DNA from: Fonticula alba ATCC 38817
Taxonomy: Eukaryota > Protista > Nucleariida
DNA length: 16,215 nt
Assembly: GCA_000388065.2 (NCBI GenBank)
Contig: KB932203.1
Strand: one strand, 5' to 3'
The notes under the pieces are model-generated. The model made no database searches and had not been told where the DNA came from. It worked only from the letters and a program-made list of their open reading frames with translations. Positions 1 to 9,581 of this stretch are shown in pieces. A program made the translations under genes and the position numbers. The number at the start of each line of letters is the position of its first letter. The first letter of the stretch is position 1.

Positions 1-44
1 GAGGTCCCTCCCTCGTCCCGCCCCCCCCCCCCCCTGATCGCGCG

Positions 45-860
45 ATGGGACCACGGCGGTTCGGCTTGCGTAGCGCAGGCAAGAGCCCCCACCCTCGGGG
101 GCCAGCCTCCCGCCGTAATCGCTCACAGGTGCTCATCTCGCGCCTCGTGCCATCCTCCAGCGCGGATACCCCGTCGAGCGTCGATTCCTCCTCCGACACG
201 GAGTCCTCCTCCTCCTCCTCCTCCTCCTCCTCGTCCGCCGTGTCCGTCTCGTCCAGCGCGCGGGACTCGCCAAACTCCTCGCCCATGGTTGGCCTCCAAT
301 CGGCGGCCTCCTCGCCGGTGGCCACCCCCTCGGCAAGCCCCGGGACAGGAGCCTTCCCCGACGCCTCGACCGTGGACGCGTCATCGCCGGACACCGCCAC
401 GCCCCCTGCCCCTGAGGGGTCCGAAAGCATCTCCCAAGCCCTCTTCTGCTCGGACTCCCTCTTCTCGGGAAACTTCGCCTCGCAAAATATTTCCCAGCTG
501 CTGAGGGAGATTGAGCAGCGCTCGCCGGAGCTCCTGCCCCAGGAGGCAAGTCAAGCTTCGACTCTCGACAGTGCGCTCGTCCTCCCCACTTTCTCCCTCT
601 CTCTCTCCCTTTCTTGCCCTTTTGGTTCCCCCCCTCCACTCCGTCGGCTCTCGCACCCCGGGTTCCTCCTCCGGCGGCGGAATTCCTCCCCTCGTCTTTC
701 TCGTCGTATCGCCCAGTCGTTTCCGCCCATTCACGCCCATGCCCGTGCGCGATCCTGCCGAATGCCGCCGCCTCTGCCGTCGCCACCACTCCCACGGCCA
801 TGGCAGCCATCAGCGCGCCCACCATCATCGCCGGCCCTACGGCTGTCAGTGCCACTGTGG

Positions 861-908
<48 letters not shown>

Positions 909-1097
909 TCGCTGCTCCTGTTGCTGCCCTTCCCACCCCTAGTGCCGTCATCACGGCGCCCGCCGCCACCGCAGGCATGGCGTCGGCTGGTGCCAGCTCA
1001 GGCGGCAACAGCAGCAACCGCATGGACGTCGACGATCCATCCCCCGATCGCTCGGGGTATTCTCCCGACTCCGGCCTCGGCTCCAATTTCACCGGCC

Positions 1098-1129
<32 letters not shown>

Positions 1130-1246
1130 ACTTCCTCTCCTGATGATAGCCTGGCTGGTGATTCCTCTGACACCGGCAATGCCGGCAACCGTGTCAGCTC
1201 CGACAGCAGCAACAGCTCCAGCAGCAGCTCCGATAGCAGCTCCGAT

Positions 1247-1286
<40 letters not shown>

Positions 1287-1624
1287 CCGATAACAGCGAC
1301 TCGGGCACCGAAAGTGAGGAATCCTCCTTCGCTGACTCCAATCCGGTGGTCCAGCAATCGGTCTTCCATTCCCAGCTCCAGCCGTGCGCATCCTCCCCCC
1401 CCCCCTCTCTTCCTATCCATCGCCGCTGCCACCACTGCCCCGGCGACCCCTCTCACTCACTTTCCCCCACTGCCTCCCCTCCCTCCTCCAGTGGCTGCCT
1501 GCCGCTGCTGCTTGCGAGTGCCCGCTCTGGCGCGCGGAGCGACGCCCTCCCGGACCTTTTCCGTCTGCCCGGCGAGACGGAGCCCCATGTCAGCCTGGCC
1601 GTTACCCGGGTGTTCCGCTGTGCG

Positions 1625-1680
<56 letters not shown>

Positions 1681-2731
1681 NNNNNNNNNNNNNNNNNNNN
1701 NNNNNNNNNNNNNNNNNNNNNNNNNNNNNNNNNNNNNNNNNNNNNNNNNNNNNNNNNNNNNNNNNNNNNNNNNNNNNNNNNNNNNNNNNNNNNNNNNNNN
1801 NNNNNNNNNNNNNNNNNNNNNNNNNNNNNNNNNNNNNNNNNNNNNNNNNNNNNNNNNNNNNNNNNNNNNNNNNNNNNNNNNNNNNNNNNNNNNNNNNNNN
1901 NNNNNNNNNNNNNNNNNNNNNNNNNNTTTTCAGCTGCACAGTGTGGCAGCGTGGCGTCGAGCAGCAAGTACACTCCCTCTCGTTGCTGCAGCCCGGCAGC
2001 CTGGTCCTGCTGAACTCCTGCAAATTGCGTGCCATCAGCCCGCATTCCGACCTGCCGGCGGCCACCGTCCCGCGGCCGGTCTTCGAAAACCAACTCCGCC
2101 AAACGCCGGCTCTCCTGCAGACGGACATCCTGCGATTCGCGGACAGCTTCGCCACCCAGGGCACCAAGGTGCCCATTGCCGACCCCCAGCCGAACACGGC
2201 GCAGGTCGACGTCTCGGTCGAATACAACAACACCCGCCTCTACAAACAGGCCAAGGGCTATGTCCTGGAGGTAGATGGTGCGCCGGCTGCTGTCCACTGT
2301 TGTGAGTTGTGCGGCATCGCCCCGCGCCGCATGTGAGGCCCCCCTCTCCCCCCTGCTGATTCCCCCCCCCCCCCCCCTTGCCTCCCCGCCGAATCCGTGT
2401 GCCACCCCGCGTGTAACCGATGCAGGTGCCCAAACCACCGAGGATCTCCGGCGCTGGCCCCATCCGCCAGCCCTGGCACTGAACCTGACCAAGCTGGGCG
2501 CCCTGCCCGACGGGACAGCGCTCGACATCGGCTGTGGGCAGCCCTTCGCCAAGCGGCATCTCGAGCGCGTCGGCGACCTCCTTGATGATGGCGTGCCTTT
2601 GCCAATCCTGGCGGTCTCAGCCGTCAGTCGCCAGCATTCCACGTCGATGTACGTTCCCTGATTTTTCCTTCTCTCTCTCTCTCTCTCTCGCTTTTTTCCT
2701 TCTCTCTCTCGCTTTTTTCCCTCTCTCTCTC

Positions 2732-2809
<78 letters not shown>

Positions 2810-2832
2810 TTCCCCCCCCCTCCCTCTCTCTC

Positions 2833-2866
<34 letters not shown>

Positions 2867-4706
2867 CCTCCCTCTCTCTCTCTCCCTCCCTCCCTCTCTC
2901 TCTCTCTCCCCCTCTCTCTCTCTCCCTTCTTTCTCCGCCCCTTTCTCCATCTCCCTCCCCCCTCTCTCTCCTCCTCTCTTCCCCTCTCACACGCGCATGC
3001 ACGCGCCCCCTCCTTCCCCCGGCCAACCGATTCATGCAGTCCCTCTGCCTCTTGGGCCACGACGCCCAGGTTGTCGGCCCGCTCGTTCCCTTCACCGAGT
3101 GGGACTCGCTGTCCAGCGAGTGCCGGACCATCCTGAGACTGGTCATTGGACAAATTTCGCACCCGACCACCGGCGATCCCGGCAACAGTTCCGAGCTGGC
3201 ACACATGTACACGCACGCACCCTTGGGCAACGCAGGGTCCTACCTGCCGACCTGGACCTCCTCCGACTGGCCACACCGTGACTTTTATTGGCGCATTGGT
3301 GGCAACCTGCAGCCGCCCCGACGTATTGCCATTGCCGTACGTGCAAGCGGTGGGACAACCACACATGGCCACCGCCCTCCCCCCTGGCCAATCCCCATCC
3401 GCGCATCTGCCCCCAAACGCCTGCATGCACTGCACACACACGCACACTCATGCGCACTTATGCACACATCTCTCCCTCTCTCTCCCCCCCCTCCCCTCTC
3501 TCTCTCTCTCTCACACACACAAACAGAATGCCCGTCGGATTGCCCCAATCACCAACTACCTGGCCGCGGCCTCGTCCACGTATATGAAGCTCCCGCAGGT
3601 GGTTGCCCGCGTCTGGCGCCGACGCCCGATTGTCCCCTCCTGGCGCGATGCCAGCGATGTCTTCCCCTTCCGAGTGACCTATGATCTTGGTACACCTCGC
3701 GTGCCATTTTGCCTTGTCTTCTTCCTCGCCCACATTCTGCATGTGTACACCCCCACAGCTGCACATGATCCCATGCTCCCAGACGTTCACAGCCCCACTG
3801 CCAGACCGACTGACGCGCTTCTCCNNNNNNNNNNNNNNNNNNNNNNNNNNNNNNNNNNNNNNNNNNNNNNNNNNNNNNNNNNNNNNNNNNNNNNNNNNNN
3901 NNNNNNNNNNNNNNNNNNNNNNNNNNNNNNNNNNNNNNNNNNNNNNNNNNNNNNNNNNNNNNNNNNNNNNNNNNNNNNNNNNNNNNNNNNNNNNNNNNNN
4001 NNNNNNNNNNNNNNNNNNNNNNNNNNNNNNNNNNNNNNNNNNNNNNNNNNNNCCCGCCGATCCCCTTGCTCCTCCTGCCAGGGAGCTACTCCGGTGCCTG
4101 AACTCGGCCTCATACGCCGAGGAGGGCAACGTCATGACCGCCGGGGCCATGAACACGGTCTCCCTCGCGCACTTTCTCCACACTTCATATGTCCTGATGG
4201 ATGCCTGGCTGGCGGAGTTCCAGCTGGGCTTCCTCCAGGAAGCCGGCCCCGGCAGCCGCGGCCACGAAACCGCCGCCCTCTGGAGCGACCTGGATGTCGG
4301 GCAGCTGGCCAGCACGCATGCCGGAGCCCCGGGCCAGGCCGTCCGTTTCTATGCATCCGTCGCGGCGACCCCGGGGGCCGTCAGCCGCCTGACCACCGTC
4401 CTTGCGCTGGACCACTTCCGAGCCGGCGGCCCGGCAGCCGACCTGCTGGCCACCGTCCTGGGAGTCATGTCGATCTTGGGGAACCGGCTGACCGAGGCCG
4501 TGACCCAGGCAGCTGGCGCTCTGATGAAGGCCGCCACCGGCACCGCCGACGGCGACCCGGCCCCGTATGAGGCGGCCGCGGCGGCCCTGTGCGCCGCGCT
4601 CAACGAGGCGGTTGGGCCGGCACCGACCAAGCGCCAGCTGCTGCTGCATGTGTCCCGCGCCGGCGGCCGGCGGACCTTCGTCCGGCTGCACAAGGTGTTC
4701 TGGTGA
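45..4706 (+). CDS. Spliced hypothetical protein: low-complexity Ser/Ala-rich N-terminus followed by probable tandem OB folds (RPA70/RADX-like ssDNA-binding protein, tentative); model incomplete across two gaps
   Basis: Inferred exons: 45(or 129)..570, 717..1383, 1492..1619, [gap], ~1934..2277, 2426..2648, 3040..3336, 3527..3689, 3793..>3824, [gap], 4082..4706 (TGA). Phase-consistent GT..AG introns: 571-716, 1384-1491, 2278-2425, 3337-3526, 3690-3792. The 2649-3039 junction is off by 1 nt (see findings). OB-like motifs read by eye: SCTVW..LLQPGSLVLLNSCKLR, LGALPDGTALDIG, SYLPTWTSS, IAPI..VVARVWRR, TFVRLHKVFW*. The 5' end may lie upstream of the window: 4-128 looks like a poly-C intron ending CTCACAG. 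The coding call is fairly secure; the family call is about 0.45. Confidence 0.7.
204..1285 (+). repeat. Coding micro-repeats in gene 1: (TCC)9 204-230, (GCC)15 863-907, (GGCTCC)5 1100-1129, (AGC)13 1247-1285
   Basis: Counted directly; they encode poly-Ser, poly-Ala and (GS)5 in the inferred exon frames. Confidence 0.9.
1629..1680 (+). repeat. Poly-C tract (52 C, truncated by N gap) just after donor 1620
   Basis: Seen directly. Confidence 0.95.
1681..1926. other. Assembly gap (246 N), probably hiding at least one exon of gene 1
   Basis: The donor at 1620 is phase 1, while the TTTTCAG acceptor at 1933 would be phase 2. Confidence 0.9.
2662..2988 (+). repeat. (CT)n / polypyrimidine microsatellite filling gene 1 intron
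   Basis: About 325 nt with only about 4 purines on the + strand. Confidence 0.95.
3825..4051. other. Assembly gap (227 N) within gene 1
   Basis: Run of N; it interrupts the exon that starts at 3793. Confidence 0.95.
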
Positions 4707-4897
4707 ATGGCCAGCCACATGCGGACTCCCATACACACCACTCTCTGTCCTGGGGCTTTGCTGTCCGCGTGTCGCTCTGTGGCTTGCACCTGCCTGCGGC
4801 CGGTATCCTCCTCTCCATTCCTTCGACCGGCCTCTCGCGTGCCAGCGATCTATCCGGCTGGGCGAGGCTCGTGCGTGTGGACCCAAGCACGCTGTGT

Positions 4898-4926
4898 GGG
4901 TGTGCGGGTGTGCGGGTGTGCGGGGG
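4898..4926 (+). repeat. (GGGTGTGC)3-GGGGG tandem repeat; canonical G-quadruplex motif
   Basis: GGG at 4898, 4906 and 4914 and GGGGG at 4922, separated by identical TGTGC loops. Confidence 0.8.
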
Positions 4927-5024
4927 ATGGAGCCTGCTGGCAGGGGGTTAGCATGGTGTCTGGCGAAAGGGGGGCTGGTGGGGAGAGGGAAAAGTGTCTG
5001 CAAAGCTCAGCCGCCCGGTGGTGT

Positions 5025-5192
5025 GTGCATGTGCGTGCGCCCGCGCGCGTTCAGGTGCGGCCTCCAGCCCCCGCCCCACCGGCGCCTCGTACCTGCCTGG
5101 ACTGCGAGCGCGGACCAGAGAGATAGAGAGAGAGAGGCCGGGTGGGCGGACAGGGGCCGCACTTGAACGCGCGCGGGCGCACACACATGCAC
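5025..5192. repeat. Inverted repeat, 38-bp arms (5025-5062 / 5155-5192), 36/38 identical, 92-nt spacer
   Basis: Left arm GTGCATGTGCGTGCGCCCGCGCGCGTTCAGGTGCGGCC versus reverse complement of right arm GTGCATGTGTGTGCGCCCGCGCGCGTTCAAGTGCGGCC. Confidence 0.92.
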
Positions 5193-5685
5193 CCAGGCGG
5201 ACTACAAATTGTCTCGCATGAGCGCCAGGCGCGGTGGCCGGAAGGACCGGCCAACCCGACCAGGCGCTTCGAGGGCAAGGATAAACTCTTCATCGCACAT
5301 GGCAGAGGGATTAGGGGGAGGGGGGAAGGGGGAGGAGATACCAGCGCGGCAAGGGAGGGGGGGGGGGAGGCGGGCTGACGCACGATGAGCAGGCGGGACC
5401 GGAGGGATGGGCATGAATTCTGGGCCGTCGCGCACACCTGCCAGGCCAGCACAGCGGCACCCGAAGAAGCCCGCCACGGAGCGGGGCCCGCTCTAGCAGG
5501 TTCGCCCGACAACCCATGACACCCGCTCATGTGGCGCGCGGATCACGCGGTCGTGCAGGCCAGGACGGAGGCCGCCGGCTGCCGCTTTTCGGCTGCCGCC
5601 CTCCTCCGGCTGGCCAGCCGCGGTGGTGCGGCCCGAGGGCGGCCTGTGATGCGGGGAGATTCCCATTGATCGAGCACCACTGTCG

Positions 5686-5815
5686 GTGCTCCCCTCGGCC
5701 CCCCCCCCCCCCCCCCCTGCCTGCCTGATCTCCCTTTCCTCCCCCCTCTCCCTCTGCCTCTCTCTCTCTCTCTGATCCCTCCGCACTCCCTACCCCCCGC
5801 GCCTGCATCCCACAG
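5686..5815 (+). other. Possible 5'-UTR intron of VPS52
   Basis: GTGCTC donor-like start, poly-C and (CT)n interior, CTGAT branch-like sites and CCCACAG end. This matches the composition of the coding introns, but there is no coding constraint to confirm it. Confidence 0.3.
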
Positions 5816-5941
5816 GGAGTTCTCCAACGCGTCCCCCCCCCCAGTAGCAGGAGGCGCCTCGCTTCCCCTCCCTTTTTCTTCGCCCCTGCGCCCTCAAATC
5901 CAGCGGCTGCCTCCCTCCCCCTGCTCGCCACCACCACCAGC

Positions 5942-8326
5942 ATGCTCGGTCTGGCCAAGATGCGCGGCCCGCGGGGCCCGACTGCCACGCCAACCGCGAG
6001 CCCCGCCAACACGGCCGCCGCCGGCGCCGCCGGCGCCCAGGACAATGACGCCATCATGTCCAGCATCCTCGGGGACCTGGACCGGGTGAACTCGATGCGC
6101 GAGCAGGCGGCCCTTTCGCCGGACATCGCGGCCATGGAAAACCTGCCGGCCATCGACTTCGACCTCTTCGATCGGCAGCTCGAGGCGCTGCTCACATCGC
6201 CGGATGTGCCGCCGGCCTTGCGGGCGGCCCTGGCCCCGGGGTCCTCCGGCACCGAGGGGTCTCTCTCGGGGGCCAACTTGCACAACCACGGCCGCGAGCT
6301 GGCCCGGCAGCTGGCCACCCTGGAGGGGGACTCCGTCAAGGCCACCATCTCCCAGCGGTCGGATCTGGAGGCCCTGTCGCGGGAGATCGACCAGTGTGAT
6401 GAGATCCTCCAGCGCCTGGGCGAGACCCTGCAGTCCCACCGCGCGGCACTGGACGAGCGCAGCGGCGAAATGCGCGAGCTACAGGCCCGGGCTCGGGCTC
6501 ATGCGGCGCGCGCGCGCAACCGCAAGGCCGCGGCCGAGGGCCTCGGGGCCTTCCGCCGGCGTGTGGACCTCCCGGCCACCCTGTCGGCGGCCATCCTCAA
6601 GGCCGAGCCCTCGAGCGAGGCCTTCGCCACGGCCCTCGGCCAATTGTCCGAGCGCCTGCGCGATGTGCGGACCCTGGCCCGCGGGGACTCCAGTGCCTCG
6701 GCCCTGCTGAGTGCCTCCTCGGCGCATGCCGCCACCACCCCCTCGGCGCGGGTTCTCTTTAGCCGGTCGGCCGGCGGGCCGTCGGCCGGTGGGTCCGGCC
6801 TGACGGCCACGGCCGGCTATGTGCTCGGCGCCGCGGCGCAGGTGGTCGCCGGCGCGGCGTCCACCGTGGCCAGCGGTGCCGTGTCGGTGGCCAGCGGCGC
6901 GGCCTCGGTGGCCACCGGCGCTGTGTCCGTGGCCACGCTGGGTGCCGTCGGCGGCGGGAGCACCGCGGCGTCGGGAGGCTCGGCTGGCGGGTCCACAGCC
7001 GCCGGCCACCCGGCCGAGCCGGCTACCCCCCGGCGCCCGGGCATGGGGGCCCATGGGTCTGTTCCGCCGAGCCCGGCCCCCTCGGCCCCGACGTCGCCGA
7101 CCTCGGCGCGCGGCGGCCCCGGCCAGGCTCCCCAAACCCCGCTGGCCAATCCGCCGGCGGCCGTGGTCGATGCCTCGGCCGAAGGGCAGCCCCTGACGGG
7201 CCTGGCCTACCCGAGCATGCCGCCGGCCCTGGCGTCCGTGCTGCCGGAGCTGGAGCGCCTGCGCTTGGCCGCCTGTGCCCGGTCCTATGAGCATCTGCTG
7301 GAGCGCATCCACTCGATCACCAAGCCGACCGGCGCTGGCGGCGCTGGCGGCGCTGGCGGCTCCGGCGCCTCGCGCTCCAACGCCGCCATGCAGCAGCAGG
7401 CCCTCTCCACTTCGGCGCACCTGAAGAAGCTGTGGCGCTTCCTGGAAAGCGAGGCCCCCGAGCGCGAGTCCCGCGAACTGCGCGATGCCTACATCAACCA
7501 GATGCGCGAGTACTACTCCCGGCACTTTGGCCGCTACGTGTCCTCCACGCAGAAGCTCTGGGTGCGTTGGCCTGCGCGCGTGCGCCAGCTCCCCTCGTTT
7601 TCCTTCTCGCCCCTCCTCGCGTGTGCATGGATCCCCTGCATCTAACGTCGGCATATGCCCTCGGCTTTCTCCCCCCCCCCCCTCCCCCCTCGCGCTCCCT
7701 CTTGACACAGCACTGCTTCGTCTCCGAGGCGGATCTCATCGCCATTGATGACCCTGAGCTGTCGGCCGCCTTCGCGGCGTCCACCCGCTCGCGCGGCCTG
7801 CTCAGCAGCATTTCCTCGCTGGCCACCCTGTCGCTGGTGGGCGGCGGCTCCAGCGGGTCCAGTGCCTCCGGGCTCTTGTCCGGGTCCGGCTCGTCGGCCA
7901 CCGCCGAGACGGTCAACGACTACTTCACCAAGGCCGCGCGGCTGTTCGGCCTGGGCGAGCGCGATGATGCCGCCCTCGGGTCCTTCATCCACGGGTCCCT
8001 CAGCGGCGATGGCGGGGACATCATTGTCCCGCACACCATGGACAAGGCGCAGCTGCACTTCGAAACCATCTTCCGCTCGCAGCTCCTGGCTCTGGCGGAC
8101 AATGCCTCCGGCGAGTACCTCTTCCTGTGGGAGTTTTTCGGCGCCCGCGGTGACACCGCGGCGGCCCTCTTCCAGCGGGTTTATGAGCCGGCCCTGGTGG
8201 CGGTGGCTGTGCGTTACGCGCCCATGTTTTTGGGAGTTCTACCTTTCCTTTTTGTTTCCCTCGCCGTTGGTTGTCGGCCGCTCGCTCCCCCCTCCCTGGG
8301 GCTTGTTTGGCAAGTGCCTTTACTCA

Positions 8327-8366
<40 letters not shown>

Positions 8367-9441
8367 TTTTTTTTCTCCCGGGACTCCATCGGCTCAGTCC
8401 AACCTGCGCACGCACCTGCCGTCGGAATTCGACGCCCTCTGCCTGCTGCTGTGTGTTCGGATTGCCAGTGCCGTGCGCAACATCATGCGCACGCGGCGTG
8501 TCCCGATTCTGGACTCCTTCCTGCACGAGGTGGTCATGCTGCTGTGGCCTCGGTGCGCACGCGATCGTCCCCCCTCCCCCCCNNNNNNNNNNTCTCTCTC
8601 TCTCTCTCCCTCCCTTCCTCCCTCCCTTCCTCCCTCCCTCCCTCCCCCAACCACTGGGGGGCCCTCGCCGCTTGCCGCGCCCTCCCTCCCTTGTCTGCCC
8701 GCCTTGCCGCTTGGTCGCTGACGTGCCCGGAATGTCGCGGCCTCCCTTGCGGGCCCTGGCCTCCCCTTTCCCGACGCTACGCATCCCCGTGACAGGGAGC
8801 GCCTCTCGCGCTGGGTCCTGCTTGCGGTGAGCGCCGATCCCGCTCGCGCGGCGGAGTTCCCCCCGGTTTGGCTGAACCTCCTAAACACCGGGCAGCCGGA
8901 TCTCTACTACAGCCTGGCGCCAGGGCAACGCCTGTCCGTGTCGCGAGTGGTCCTCTGCTCGCACACGGGCTTCCTCACGGCGGCCCTGCACCATGCCGCG
9001 GCCGATCTACTGTGTCGCCCGGGCGAGAGGCCCCCGGCTGCCGAGGGTTCTTTCCTCCCGGACCGAGCGTTCTTCCTGGAGTCGACCGCCTACTCCAGCG
9101 TGCGCGTCTTCCTGGCGGACGGGGTCACCCCCTATCTGAATGTCACACAGCAGGCTCTGGCCGAGCAGCGAGCCCTGGCCGGGCAGTCGAACGCACAGCC
9201 GAGCCCCGCGCCGCCGCCGCCGCAGCAGCAGCAGCAGAGCCCCGCGGGAACCCAGCCCGAGTTAGACCTGAACTTCCTGCTGCTTACCTGCCGCCAGGAC
9301 CCGCTGACTCACGACTTTGACCTGACCGATCTGGCACCGTACCTGAGTCCGCCCCTGCCGTCGCTCTTGTCGAGGCATGCTTGCACACAGCAGCTCATGC
9401 GGCCCCCGCGCATGGCCCCAGGGTGCGCCTAATGTCCCCCC

Positions 9442-9512
<71 letters not shown>

Positions 9513-9528
9513 CCCCCCCCCCCCCCCC

Positions 9529-9581
<53 letters not shown>

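Noticed and set aside
133-1456. Minus-strand ORFs with poly-Leu, poly-Ala or poly-Cys (133..1341, 998..1456, 1194..1391)
   Set aside because: Antisense readings of the GCC/AGC/TCC coding repeats; no independent splice or domain signal.
45-2336. 763-aa ORF 45..2336 and 563-aa ORF 614..2305 as single-exon genes
   Set aside because: Each is only partly coding. The real frame switches at intron 571-716, and both read through poly-C and N gaps.
2500-2545. ALDIGCG as a class I SAM-methyltransferase motif I
   Set aside because: It matches LDIGCG locally, but the flanking sequence lacks the other Rossmann motifs by eye and fits an OB-fold start as well. Left unresolved for a profile search.
1602-3447. 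Minus-strand ORFs with (ER)n runs
   Set aside because: Translation of the intronic (CT)n microsatellite, not a charged coiled coil.
4349-5786. Numerous short ORFs in the gene 1-VPS52 intergenic region
   Set aside because: Arg/Gly/Pro-rich, overlapping on both strands and without recognisable domains; expected in GC-rich DNA.
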